DNA of 64,000 bases from an uncultured Phascolarctobacterium sp. (GTDB taxonomy: Bacteria > Bacillota > Negativicutes > Acidaminococcales > Acidaminococcaceae), in the NCBI RefSeq assembly GCF_937920985.1, contig NZ_CALDXR010000019.1:31268-95267 (forward strand), written 5' to 3'. Under the pieces are notes generated by a model. That model was not told where the DNA came from. It was given only the letters and a program-made list of their open reading frames with translations, and made no database searches. This document shows, one piece after another, positions 28,856-37,877 of the stretch. How positions within the stretch are numbered: the stretch's first letter is position 1; each line of letters begins with the position of its first letter. A program made the position numbers and the translations under genes.

Positions 28856-29296
28856 CTATTCATCACTGGCCAGCGAACGATGCGCCAAACCGACACACAG
28901 CTCATTGAGATTCAGCACGCCAACGCCCATATAAATAGCAACACAAAGATGCTCTCCGGCGCGAGCAATACCGATTTTGCCACCGACGTTGAAGCCAAAG
29001 GCCTTAACCTTCACCTGTTCCAATGCTTCGTGCGCCGCACCCGCCACAGCACCCGCACCTACATGTGATTCGGTTACAAGTCCCTGACGCTGCGCAGCCA
29101 CTACGGCGCGCTCGACAATTTTTACAATAGAAGGAATAAATTCACCGCCGAAATCAACAGCTGTCGAACGGATACCATGCTCCGCTAAGCGTTCCTTTAC
29201 CTTCGTTTCCTCCACGCGACTGGAGGTAAGTGCAATACGCAAGGCAGCACGGCCGATTTCGATGCTGTTGATGCAGCTTTTACCACATTCATGCAT
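28856..29296 (-). CDS. HutP-family RNA-binding (anti-terminator-like) protein
   Basis: 146 aa from ATG 29296 behind GAGGGG. IGRAAL..., ESHVGAGAVAGAAHEALEQV and ...LCVAIYMGVGVLNLNELCVGLAH align by eye with B. subtilis HutP (IGRLSV..., ESHALYHATMEALHGV, ...IAVSLYGTIGAPIKGLEHETFGVGINH). Confidence 0.55.
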   Translation of the reverse strand: MHECGKSCINSIEIGRAALRIALTSSRVEETKVKERLAEHGIRSTAVDFGGEFIPSIVKIVERAVVAAQRQGLVTESHVGAGAVAGAAHEALEQVKVKAFGFNVGGKIGIARAGEHLCVAIYMGVGVLNLNELCVGLAHRSLASDE

Positions 29297-29344
29297 GTTA
29301 GTCACACCCCTCACAAAACATTTTTCTATCAGCAGGCGCAGAAA

Positions 29345-30787
29345 TTATTCCTCTTCTTCGGGAACCTCTACAACCTCTTTGATTTTATTTTTATCCAGCA
29401 TTGCTACCAGCAGGAAGGTAATAATGCAGATAGGCCATTCAAAGTAAATTACTTCGTTGGCAAAAAGCGGTTTGATGCCTGCCAGCGGGCTGCCGGGAAC
29501 AAACCAGAGAGCAATGCCGATAAGGCTCACCAATGTAGTCCAGAAAGCAGAGCTGCGACGGCACAGGCCGGGAGCGAACATCGTAAAGAAGAATACACAG
29601 GTCAGGCCGCAGGTCATAGACAAACCGGCAATCATCGTCTTAACAATACCCGCTGCATTGAAGGCAAACCACAGAGTAATCAGGCCGACAGCAAAAACAG
29701 ACAGACGATTGATGATGACAAATTTATTTTCCGCAACAGCAGGATTAATAAAACGTTTGTAAATATCATTACTGAAGAGCGTAGCCGCACCCAGCAGAAT
29801 AGTGCAGGCAGTAGATACATCCGCAGCCCACAAAGCAGCCAGAGTTACACCGCCGGCAAGAGGATCCAGAGTCATAACAACCTTAGGCATAGCAAGTGCA
29901 GCCTGCGCCACCGGCATTTCCGGATACATTGCCTTGCAGACAACACCCAATACAGCGCAGATGAAGCCTACAGGGAAAATCATCAGGCCGGCCAGAACAT
30001 AACCGTTGCGGGCAGCCTTGGCATTTTTCGCACCGCAGGCAATCTGTACAGGGCCCTGCGCAGTAATAGTCTGGGTAATCATAACGATAATCCAGCCAAG
30101 AATAGTAGCAAAAGCCAGGCCTGCTACCGGACTGCCCATAACCTCGGGGTTAGGCAGCTTACTGAGCACTGCGTCCCAACCACCTACGTTGGATACAGAT
30201 TGGATTGCAGAGTAGATAATACCGATATAAATCAAGGTAACGCTGACAATATTTGCCAGACCGCTGGACCAAAGACCGCCAATCAGCGTAATGCCGATAA
30301 ATACCACGGCACTCATAATCATACCGCCATGGAAGGAGAAAATCTCCGGCAACAACGAGGATAAAATCGCACCGCCTGCCATATACTGCAAAGCAGTAAT
30401 AACGCACATAATGATAACAAGACCGATTGCAGCGATTGCACGGCCTTTAGTATCATAATAGAACTCAAAGAATTCCGGGATAGTAGAAACCTTCATGGAA
30501 CGCAGCTTACCTGCTGCCAAAAGGCCCATAACCAAAGCACCGATAGACCAGGCGCCGTTATACCAGCCTGCTGCCAGACCAACACTGAAAGCACGCTGAG
30601 CTACACCGACTGTAGAAGCAGCGCCGACTGCCAGACCGGTAACGTTGACCGCTACCAGAATTGTGTTCAGCTTACGTCCGGCCAGCAAAAATGCTGTCGA
30701 ACCAGAATCAGCCTTGTGCTTCACCCACAAGCTGATGCCAAAAAGCAACGCGATGTACACTACGACAATTACCAACTGAATAGACAT
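29345..30787 (-). CDS. sodium:solute symporter family transporter, first gene of the hutP-like/sda operon
   Basis: Track ORF trimmed to ATG 30787 (MSIQLVIVVVYIALLF...). About 13 TM segments and SSS-like organisation. Substrate unknown. Confidence 0.75.
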   Translation of the reverse strand: MSIQLVIVVVYIALLFGISLWVKHKADSGSTAFLLAGRKLNTILVAVNVTGLAVGAASTVGVAQRAFSVGLAAGWYNGAWSIGALVMGLLAAGKLRSMKVSTIPEFFEFYYDTKGRAIAAIGLVIIMCVITALQYMAGGAILSSLLPEIFSFHGGMIMSAVVFIGITLIGGLWSSGLANIVSVTLIYIGIIYSAIQSVSNVGGWDAVLSKLPNPEVMGSPVAGLAFATILGWIIVMITQTITAQGPVQIACGAKNAKAARNGYVLAGLMIFPVGFICAVLGVVCKAMYPEMPVAQAALAMPKVVMTLDPLAGGVTLAALWAADVSTACTILLGAATLFSNDIYKRFINPAVAENKFVIINRLSVFAVGLITLWFAFNAAGIVKTMIAGLSMTCGLTCVFFFTMFAPGLCRRSSAFWTTLVSLIGIALWFVPGSPLAGIKPLFANEVIYFEWPICIITFLLVAMLDKNKIKEVVEVPEEEE

Positions 30788-30898
30788 AAAAACTACACTA
30801 CCTTTCTTCCATGCTACAAAAGCATAATACTTGTGCTGTAAGAATATAAACCATGCTACCATCCTACAACGTACGATAATTTGTCTTATATTATACCA
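30788..30898 (-). promoter_or_regulatory. promoter (extended -10 TGGTATAAT, 30890-30898) and ~95-nt GUAG-rich leader of the symporter/hutP-like/sda operon
   Basis: Five GUAG motifs on the minus strand (TAG at 30864-66, 30856-58, 30814-16, 30798-800, 30793-95). Direct repeat GTAGCATGG twice. AGCAUGGU/AUUAUGCU hairpin followed by UUUG. Confidence 0.45.
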
Positions 30899-31063
30899 AC
30901 TTTTTTTAGTAAATTAAAGCTCCCGTCAAAACTTTTCTGCAGTGGGAAAATTTTTGAAATAAAAATTACGTAAAATCTTTCTTGCGCAAGCGTAAGAAAA
31001 AGGATTTTATTTATTTTTGTCGAATTGTCTAATGTATGTTGTAATACAATGGAGGAAAGAAAT

Positions 31064-31303
31064 ATGTTTACTTATAAAACCAGCGGAGTCTGCTCCCGCG
31101 AGATTCATTTTGATATAGTTGACGGCAAGCTGCACAATGTAAGCTTTGACGGCGGCTGCCCCGGAAATCTGGCTGCTATCGGCAAGCTGGTAGAAGGCCA
31201 GGATGCCAAAGCAGTTGCTGATTTGCTCAAGGGCAATGACTGCCGCGGCCGCGGCACCAGCTGCGCCGACCAATTGGCCAAAGCTATCGCCGAGCATCTG
31301 TAA
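31064..31303 (+). CDS. TSCPD-domain small protein (TIGR03905-like four-Cys family)
   Basis: 79 aa from ATG 31064 behind GGAGGAAAG. MFTYKTSGVCSREIHFDI.DGKLHNVSFDGGCPGNL..DCRGRGTSCADQLAKAI. Confidence 0.75.
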   Translation: MFTYKTSGVCSREIHFDIVDGKLHNVSFDGGCPGNLAAIGKLVEGQDAKAVADLLKGNDCRGRGTSCADQLAKAIAEHL

Positions 31304-31319
31304 ATAATATATAAAGATC

Positions 31320-31585
31320 GTTGTGACGCAGACGGTGCTTTGTCGCAATGTTAAACAAACAGGCGTGAGAGAAAGTGCCGGATGCCAAGCAATATACTAA
31401 TCGTACGTCTAGGAGCTATTGCGACGCAGACGGTGCTTTATCGCAGTGCCAAACTTATATAGGCGTGGGAGAAAGTGCCGGATGCTAGGCAATGGCGACG
31501 ACGGCGTACTTCTTGTACGTCTAGGAGCCGTTGTGACGCAGACGGTGCTTTATATCACGCCTGCCAGGAAAGAGGAAAGGAGGAA
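31320..31585 (+). repeat. 2.5 tandem copies of a ~100-nt element forming the corA 5' leader (A 31320-31416, B 31417-31528, partial C 31529-31585)
   Basis: Invariant GACGCAGACGGTGCTTT in all three copies. GAGAAAGTGCCGGATGC and GTACGTCTAGGAGC in A and B. Each copy starts with a hairpin whose stem varies compensatorily. Confidence 0.85.
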
Positions 31586-31592
31586 CCCTACT

Positions 31593-32543
31593 ATGTACAA
31601 AATTTTAAAAAGTACCGACCAAGGACTGGACGAGCTGGAGCTGGAACATCTGGAAAAGGGCTACTGGCTTGACATAGTGGCTCCTTCTGTAGAAGAGCTG
31701 CAGGAAATAGCAGCAGCGACAAAAATCCAGATGGATTTTTTGAGTGCCGCACTGGACGAAGAAGAAAAATCCCGTATCGAAGTGGAAGATGACCAGATTC
31801 TGATTTTGGTCGATATTCCTTTTTTACGCAGCAATAAAGATTACGACACGTTGCCTTTAGGCATCGTAGTAACCGAAGAAGGTATTGCCACTATCTGTTT
31901 GGAGCCAAACGCCGTAACTGCAGACTTTGGCACGCACAACAGTAAAATGTTCAGCACCTTCAAAAAAACGCGCTTTTTGTTCCAGATTCTTTATAAATCC
32001 GCTACTCTCTATCTGAAATATATCCGTATCATCATCCGCCGTACGGATGAGCTGGAAATTCACCTGCGCCAGTCCATGGAAAACAGCGAGCTCTTCAACC
32101 TGCTTGATCTGCAGAAGTCCTTAACCTACTTTTCTACCTCTCTGCGCAGCAATTCCATTGTACTGGAAAGATTGCTGCGTCTGCGTAATGCTACGCAATC
32201 CCAGCATCTGATAAAGGTGTATGAGGAAGATGAGGATTTGCTGGACGATGTTATTATCGAATATAAGCAGGCTGTAGAGATGGTTGAGATGTATAGCCAC
32301 ATTCTTAACAGCATGATGGAAGTTTTTGCCAGCATCATCAGCAACAACCTGAACCTGGTCATGAAATTTTTGGCATCCGTCACCATTATTTTGGCGATTC
32401 CTACACTTATCAGCGGTTTATGGGGCATGAACGTACCTGTTCCCTTTGCAGAAAACCCCTTCGGGTTCCTTATCGTCATCAGTCTGGCGGCATGTATTGC
32501 CATCGGCACTGCCTTCCTGCTGTGGAAGAAGAGAATGTTCTGA
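31593..32543 (+). CDS. corA: CorA-family divalent metal (Mg2+/Co2+) transporter
   Basis: 316 aa from ATG 31593 behind AAAGGAGGA. C-terminal two TM helices with the LWGMNVPVPF (GMN) signature. The track start 31419 lies inside the leader repeats and is rejected. Confidence 0.85.
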   Translation: MYKILKSTDQGLDELELEHLEKGYWLDIVAPSVEELQEIAAATKIQMDFLSAALDEEEKSRIEVEDDQILILVDIPFLRSNKDYDTLPLGIVVTEEGIATICLEPNAVTADFGTHNSKMFSTFKKTRFLFQILYKSATLYLKYIRIIIRRTDELEIHLRQSMENSELFNLLDLQKSLTYFSTSLRSNSIVLERLLRLRNATQSQHLIKVYEEDEDLLDDVIIEYKQAVEMVEMYSHILNSMMEVFASIISNNLNLVMKFLASVTIILAIPTLISGLWGMNVPVPFAENPFGFLIVISLAACIAIGTAFLLWKKRMF

Positions 32544-32552
32544 GGTTAGAAA

Positions 32553-32783
32553 ATGTCTAAAGTTACGCAAGAAAAACTGCTCGCCGGAATTATTTTCGGC
32601 GACAATGATAACGAAGAATATATTTACCTGCCCGGCGGAGAGGTTGGCAGCGAAGCGCCTCTTTGCGTGCTGGAACGCGGCGGCAGCCGTGAGGACCTGC
32701 CTCTTGAAGAAGCGGCACAGCAGGTTCATCGTCTTGCGCTGCGCCCCTGCGCTCATCCTCTGTGGGGCAAGCGTTCATACTAA
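32553..32783 (+). CDS. hypothetical small acidic protein (76 aa)
   Basis: ATG 8 nt after GAGGT and host-like codon usage. No recognisable domain, so coding status is uncertain. Confidence 0.3.
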   Translation: MSKVTQEKLLAGIIFGDNDNEEYIYLPGGEVGSEAPLCVLERGGSREDLPLEEAAQQVHRLALRPCAHPLWGKRSY

Positions 32784-32811
32784 ATCTTAATGCCGCGAGG
32801 AGGAATGCAAG

Positions 32812-34404
32812 ATGTATATCCCTAAACTGCATAAAATCTGGCTTTGTCAAAATGACAAGGGCGGTATCTATATGTATCCCAAAATGGCAAATCGTCACGG
32901 CCTGATTGCCGGTGCTACCGGTACAGGCAAAACCGTTACGCTCAAGGTACTGGCAGAAAGCTTCAGTGAAATGGGCGTACCTGTTTTTCTGGCTGATATC
33001 AAGGGCGACGTTTCCGGTATGTGCCTGCCCGGTGAGGACAGCGAAGGCTTCCGCAAGCGTTTGAGAAATAAGCTTGGGCTGGAAACAGAATGGAAATTTG
33101 CCGGTTATCCGGTACGCTTCTGGGACGTTTACGGCAAGGGAGGCATTCCCGTGCGCGCAACCGTTTCGGAAATGGGACCGGATCTGCTCAGCCGTCTGCT
33201 GGAGCTGAACGAAACTCAAAGCGGTGTAATGAATATTGTTTTCCGCGTAGCAGATGACCAAGGCCTGCTACTGTTGGATTTTAAGGATTTGCGCAGCATG
33301 GTGCAATACGTCGGTGATAATGCTGCCCAGTTCAAAACAAGCTACGGCAACATCACTCCCGCCAGCATCGGTGCTATCCAAAGAGCTTTGCTGCGTCTGG
33401 AGGACCAGGGTGCGGATATCTTCTTCGGTGAACCGGCACTCGATATCAAGGACTGGTTTGCTACGGCAGAAGACGGCCGCGGTGTTATCAACCTGCTGCA
33501 CGCTACCGAACTGTTCCAACGCCCGCTGCTCTACTCCACCTTCCTGCTGTGGATGCTTTCCGAGCTCTACGAAATGATGCCGGAAGCAGGCGATTTGGAT
33601 AAACCCAAGATGGTTTTTTTCTTTGACGAAGCACATCTGATTTTTAAGGATGCGCCGCAATCCCTTTTGGATAAGATTGAACAGATTGTCCGCCTCATCC
33701 GTTCCAAGGGCATCGGTATTTACTTTATCACCCAACAGCCGACCGACGTACCGGAAAGCGTACTGGCACAGCTCGGCAACAAGCTGCAGCATGCACTGCG
33801 CGCCTACACTCCTAAAGAACGCAAGAGCCTTAAAGCTACCGCGCAATCCTTCCGCGCAAACCCGGCATTAGACGCCGAAGCTGCCTTAAGCGAGCTTGGT
33901 ACAGGCGAGGTGCTTGTTTCCACGTTGGACCCCGAAGGTATTCCTTCTATCGTACAGCGTGCCTATGTTATGCCGCCGCGCAGCTATCTTGGCGTGTGCG
34001 ACGATGCTAAACGCCAACAGCTGATTAAAAACTGCCCGCTCTACAGCAAATATGCAGAAGCTGTTGACCGCGAATCCGCCTACGAGCTGCTAACACAAAA
34101 GGCAGAAGAGGCACATGCGGAAGCCGAAGCGGCAGCGAAGGCTAAAGCTGAAGCCAAGGAAGCAGCGCTGAGAGCAAAAGAAGAAGCCAAGCAGGCCAAG
34201 GAAGCAGAACGTGCCGCCAAAGCAGCGGAACGCGAGCGTATGACAGCAGAACGTGCTGCACAAAGAAGCAGCGGCCGCCAACCTAAAGGCATATTGGACA
34301 AGGTATTTGACAGCGCCGTCAATTCCGCTACCCGCACAGTCGGCAGCCAAATCGGCAGCAGGCTGGTACGCGGTATTTTAGGAAGTCTTTTCAAAGGTAA
34401 ATAA
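32812..34404 (+). CDS. DUF853 / HerA-like P-loop ATPase (YjgR family)
   Basis: 530 aa. [43 protein letters not shown], Walker B VFFFDEAH, Lys/Ala/Glu-rich low-complexity tail. Confidence 0.8.
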   Translation: MYIPKLHKIWLCQNDKGGIYMYPKMANRHGLIAGATGTGKTVTLKVLAESFSEMGVPVFLADIKGDVSGMCLPGEDSEGFRKRLRNKLGLETEWKFAGYPVRFWDVYGKGGIPVRATVSEMGPDLLSRLLELNETQSGVMNIVFRVADDQGLLLLDFKDLRSMVQYVGDNAAQFKTSYGNITPASIGAIQRALLRLEDQGADIFFGEPALDIKDWFATAEDGRGVINLLHATELFQRPLLYSTFLLWMLSELYEMMPEAGDLDKPKMVFFFDEAHLIFKDAPQSLLDKIEQIVRLIRSKGIGIYFITQQPTDVPESVLAQLGNKLQHALRAYTPKERKSLKATAQSFRANPALDAEAALSELGTGEVLVSTLDPEGIPSIVQRAYVMPPRSYLGVCDDAKRQQLIKNCPLYSKYAEAVDRESAYELLTQKAEEAHAEAEAAAKAKAEAKEAALRAKEEAKQAKEAERAAKAAERERMTAERAAQRSSGRQPKGILDKVFDSAVNSATRTVGSQIGSRLVRGILGSLFKGK

Positions 34405-34412
34405 AAAATATA

Positions 34413-34446
34413 GGACTGACGCACAGCCAAGGCGTCAGTCCTTTTA
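34413..34446. terminator. hairpin terminator between convergent DUF853 and cupin genes
   Basis: GGACTGACGC...GCGTCAGTCC followed by TTTT. Confidence 0.75.
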
Positions 34447-34467
34447 GTTTAGACATAAAAGCTATAA

Positions 34468-34815
34468 TTATTTTTTGATTACCAGAGCCTGCAGCAGCAA
34501 ATCCTCGGCAGCATCTGCCGGATTGCCGATAGCATGACCTTCGCCGCTGGGACAATGCACCTTGTCACCTGCGTGCAGCGTTATTGCCTGACCGTTATCA
34601 TTGTAGTCGGCAGTTCCCTGCAACACCACGATAGTTTCACTGTTGCCGTCATGGATATGATAGCCAAGGCTGCAGCCAGGTTTAAGAGTTACCTTAGCGT
34701 ACATTACTACGCTGTCATTAAGCATGCTTTCGTCAAGATAATGTTCAATAATTACGTCACCATTGCCACCGAAGCGGTTGGCGCAGATATCTGTTTTGCT
34801 GTTCGTTATTTTCAT
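34468..34815 (-). CDS. cupin domain protein
   Basis: 115 aa from ATG 34815 behind AGAGGGGGA. GYHIHDGNSETIVVLQG...H.G.GH cupin motifs. Confidence 0.7.
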   Translation of the reverse strand: MKITNSKTDICANRFGGNGDVIIEHYLDESMLNDSVVMYAKVTLKPGCSLGYHIHDGNSETIVVLQGTADYNDNGQAITLHAGDKVHCPSGEGHAIGNPADAAEDLLLQALVIKK

Positions 34816-34908
34816 AAGCGAATCCCCCTCTTTTTTTACTGCTTCCATTATATGCCTATTTCGTGCTGCAGGCAAATATTTCTCTGCCAGCATACATAAG
34901 TTATCTCC

Positions 34909-34937
34909 TTGACACTTACTGACAAAAACATTATACT
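34909..34937 (+). promoter_or_regulatory. promoter of the thiS operon
   Basis: TTGACA (34909-34914), 17-nt spacer, TATACT (34932-34937). Confidence 0.6.
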
Positions 34938-34983
34938 TATGCTAACAACTTCATAAACAAAGCTTAGAGTGAGTCTGAAATTT

Positions 34984-35036
34984 AGCTCATGAAGGGGTAC
35001 ACCACCACGGGTGTAGCTTTTTCATGAGCTTTTTTA
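34984..35036 (+). ncRNA. terminator-embedded structured leader upstream of thiS (candidate thiS-motif / HMP-PP riboswitch)
   Basis: 10-bp outer stem AGCTCATGAA/TTCATGAGCT, G-rich internal loop (GGGG vs GCTTT), inner stem TACACC/GGTGTA with loop ACCACG, then TTTTT. Lies 20 nt upstream of the thiS ATG. No CUGAGA or THI-box. Confidence 0.45.
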
Positions 35037-35056
35037 TTACCCGAAAGGAGAAAATC

Positions 35057-35251
35057 ATGCTTATCAACGGAGAAGAAAAGGCTTTAGCCTGCCCCACCGC
35101 TCTCAGCGAGCTGCTTACGCAGCTTGGCTATCGCACTGCGTTTGTTGCCGTAGAACTTAACGGCAATATCATCAAGCAGGCAGACTTTGGCAGTACAACA
35201 ATTACCGACGCCGATAAATTGGAAATCGTCAGCTTTGTAGGAGGTGGCTGA
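35057..35251 (+). CDS. thiS: sulfur carrier protein ThiS
   Basis: 64 aa from ATG 35057, ending in ...VSFVGGG (C-terminal GG). Confidence 0.85.
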   Translation: MLINGEEKALACPTALSELLTQLGYRTAFVAVELNGNIIKQADFGSTTITDADKLEIVSFVGGG

Positions 35252-35881
35252 ATGATTAGCAAGGAGGAAATCAATGCCGCACTTGGCAAAGGACTGACAC
35301 AGGCGCAGCTTGACGCTCTGCATAACGCGCGCGTTGCTGTCGTCGGACTCGGAGGACTCGGCAGCAATATCGCCGTCGCCTTAACCCGTCTTGGCATAGC
35401 TCATCTTTATCTTTATGATTTTGACAAGGTAGAGCTCTCCAATCTCAACCGCCAATATTATTTTCTTGACGATATAGGACAATACAAAGCAGACGCCCTT
35501 GTGAAGCATTTGCGCCAGATTAACCCCTACGCAGCTTTGCATTCGCAGGTAATCAAGGTAACAGAGGATAACATCCCCACGCTTTTAGGTGACTGTGACA
35601 TCATCTGCGAAGCGCTTGATGATGCTGCCAGCAAGGCTATGCTCGTGAGCACCGTATTGAGCACCTGGAGCGACATAAAGGTTATCGCCGGCAGCGGCAT
35701 TGCAGGCTTCGGCAAAGCAGAAGAAATCACCAGTAAAAAAATCACAAAAAATCTTTATCTTTGCGGCGACGGCAGCAGCGATTTTCACGATTTACCGCTC
35801 TGCGGCGCGCGCGTCGCACTCTGCGCCATGCAGCAGGCACTGCTTGCCGCACGCATTATTTTAAACTTGGAGGAGAATTAA
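35252..35881 (+). CDS. thiF: ThiS adenylyltransferase ThiF
   Basis: 209 aa. [23 protein letters not shown]1-like nucleotide-binding motif. Confidence 0.8.
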   Translation: MISKEEINAALGKGLTQAQLDALHNARVAVVGLGGLGSNIAVALTRLGIAHLYLYDFDKVELSNLNRQYYFLDDIGQYKADALVKHLRQINPYAALHSQVIKVTEDNIPTLLGDCDIICEALDDAASKAMLVSTVLSTWSDIKVIAGSGIAGFGKAEEITSKKITKNLYLCGDGSSDFHDLPLCGARVALCAMQQALLAARIILNLEEN

Positions 35882-35882
35882 G

Positions 35883-36650
35883 ATGACTAACGATACATGG
35901 ACTTTAGGCGGACACGAATTTCATTCCCGTTTTATTTTAGGCAGCGGCAAATATTCGCTGAACTTAATCAAAGCAGCCGTAGAGCAGGCCGGTGCGGAAA
36001 TCCTTACTCTCGCTCTGCGCCGCGCCAACAGCGGTGCTCTTGCCAACATTCTTGATTATGTGCCGGAAAACGTTACTTTACTGCCCAACACCAGCGGTGC
36101 GCGTAATGCCAAAGAAGCAGTGCGCATTGCCCGCCTTGCACGCGAGCTTTGCCACACCGACTTCGTAAAAATCGAAGTAATCAAAGACAGCAAATATCTG
36201 CTGCCCGACAACCATGAAACCCTCAAGGCAACAGAAATTCTTGCCAAAGAAGGCTTCATTGTTATGCCCTATATGTACCCTGATCTGCAAAGTGCACGTG
36301 ACATACGTGATGCCGGTGCTGCCTGCATCATGCCGCTGGGCGCACCGATTGGCAGCAATAAAGGCCTTTGCACCAAGGACTTCATCCAAATTTTAATTAA
36401 CGAAATCGACCTGCCTATTATCGTCGACGCAGGCATCGGCAAACCGTCACAGGCCTGCGAGGCTATCGAAATGGGCGCAGCGGCAATTATGGCCAACACA
36501 GCGATTGCCAGCGCCGGCAACCTTCCGCTTATGGCAAGTGCCTTCCGTGATGCTATCAACGCCGGCCGCAAGGCTTATCTTGCAGGCTGCGGCAGTGTCC
36601 GCGACACTGCCAGCGCCAGCTCCCCGCTGACAGGCTTTTTGCATGATTGA
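35883..36650 (+). CDS. thiG: thiazole synthase
   Basis: 255 aa. [17 protein letters not shown]...[15 protein letters not shown] ThiG signatures. Confidence 0.9.
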   Translation: MTNDTWTLGGHEFHSRFILGSGKYSLNLIKAAVEQAGAEILTLALRRANSGALANILDYVPENVTLLPNTSGARNAKEAVRIARLARELCHTDFVKIEVIKDSKYLLPDNHETLKATEILAKEGFIVMPYMYPDLQSARDIRDAGAACIMPLGAPIGSNKGLCTKDFIQILINEIDLPIIVDAGIGKPSQACEAIEMGAAAIMANTAIASAGNLPLMASAFRDAINAGRKAYLAGCGSVRDTASASSPLTGFLHD

Positions 36651-36659
36651 GGTGGCCGC

Positions 36660-37877
36660 ATGAAGAACGAAGATAAATTTTTTAACAACAGTATTTATGA
36701 TGAGCAGGCAGCAGCCTTCAGCGAAAAACAGCTGACCGATCCGATGCAATATCAGGAGGGCATGGAAATCATCGACTCCGATATTTTTGATAAGGTGCAG
36801 ACTGCCCGTGCCGCTTATGATTACACAAAATATACAGAAGCAGACGTGCGTGCGGCACTCGCTCACAGCGAGCGCACGCCCGAGGACTTTGCCGCCCTGC
36901 TTTCGCCTGCCGCTCTGCCGCTTCTGGAGAAAATTGCCCGCGCCGCACAGGTCGAGCGCCAGCGTTACTTCGGCAATAACGTCACCTTTTTCACGCCGCT
37001 GTATATCGCCAACTACTGCGAAAATTATTGTATCTACTGCGGCTTCAACAGTCACAATAAAATTCAGCGCGCCTGCCTGAGCAGTGAGCAGATTGCGGCC
37101 GAAATGCAAGCTATTGCCGCCACCGGTCAGCAGGAGATTCTTATTCTTACCGGCGAAAGCCGCAAGATGAGCGACGTGCATTACATCGGCGAAGCCTGCA
37201 AGCAGGCACGCCAATACTTTAAGGTTGTAGGCGTAGAAATCTATCCTCTCAACAGCGATGAATACGCTTATCTGCATGAATGCGGCGTAGATTACGTAAC
37301 TGTTTTCCAGGAAACCTATAACAAGGATAAATACGCTCAGCTGCATCTGGCAGGCCATAAGCGCGTTTTCCCCTACCGTTTTTACGCGCAGGAGCGCGCC
37401 CTGCGCGGCAAAATGCGCGGCGTCGGCTTCGCCGCTCTGCTCGGTCTCGACGACTTCCGTCGCGATGCCCTCGCTACCGGCCTGCATGCCTACCTGCTGC
37501 AAAAGAAATATCCGCATGCGGAAATCGCCTTCTCCTGCCCCCGCCTGCGCCCCATCATCAACAATGACAAAATTAAACCGATGGACGTGCACGAACGCCA
37601 GCTGCTGCAAGTTGTCTGTGCCTACCGTCTGTTCATGCCTTTCGCCTCGATTACCGTTTCCAGCCGTGAATGCGCGCGCGTGCGTGATAACCTGATGCTT
37701 ATTGCCGCCAACAAAATTTCCGCCGGCGTCAACACCGGCATCGGTGCGCACAGCAAAAAGCAGGAGCTGGGTGACGAGCAGTTTGAGATTGATGACAGCA
37801 GAAGCCTGCAGGAAATCTACGATGCTCTGCTGAAAATCGGCCTGCAGCCGGTAATGTCGGAGTACGTTTATGTCTGA
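36660..37877 (+). CDS. thiH: 2-iminoacetate synthase (tyrosine lyase), radical SAM
   Basis: 405 aa with the CENYCIYCGF CxxxCxxC motif, in thi operon context. Confidence 0.85.
   Translation: MKNEDKFFNNSIYDEQAAAFSEKQLTDPMQYQEGMEIIDSDIFDKVQTARAAYDYTKYTEADVRAALAHSERTPEDFAALLSPAALPLLEKIARAAQVERQRYFGNNVTFFTPLYIANYCENYCIYCGFNSHNKIQRACLSSEQIAAEMQAIAATGQQEILILTGESRKMSDVHYIGEACKQARQYFKVVGVEIYPLNSDEYAYLHECGVDYVTVFQETYNKDKYAQLHLAGHKRVFPYRFYAQERALRGKMRGVGFAALLGLDDFRRDALATGLHAYLLQKKYPHAEIAFSCPRLRPIINNDKIKPMDVHERQLLQVVCAYRLFMPFASITVSSRECARVRDNLMLIAANKISAGVNTGIGAHSKKQELGDEQFEIDDSRSLQEIYDALLKIGLQPVMSEYVYV

Noticed and set aside
31419-31592. Track start of the corA ORF at 31419, giving a 58-aa Arg-rich N-terminal extension
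   Set aside because: The extension lies entirely within the tandem leader repeats and has no RBS. ATG 31593 has AAAGGAGGA and yields a normal CorA length.
31304-31592. M-box (ykoK), NiCo or yybP-ykoY metal riboswitch upstream of corA
   Set aside because: I could not find their conserved cores by eye (for example GUUAGGUGAGGCU / GCCC.GAAA.GUCG for the M-box). A covariance-model scan is still needed.
34938-35056. Canonical TPP (THI-box) riboswitch upstream of thiS
   Set aside because: There is no CUGAGA, no ACCUGAUCUGGAUAAUGCCAGCG-like box, and the leader is too short for the full aptamer.
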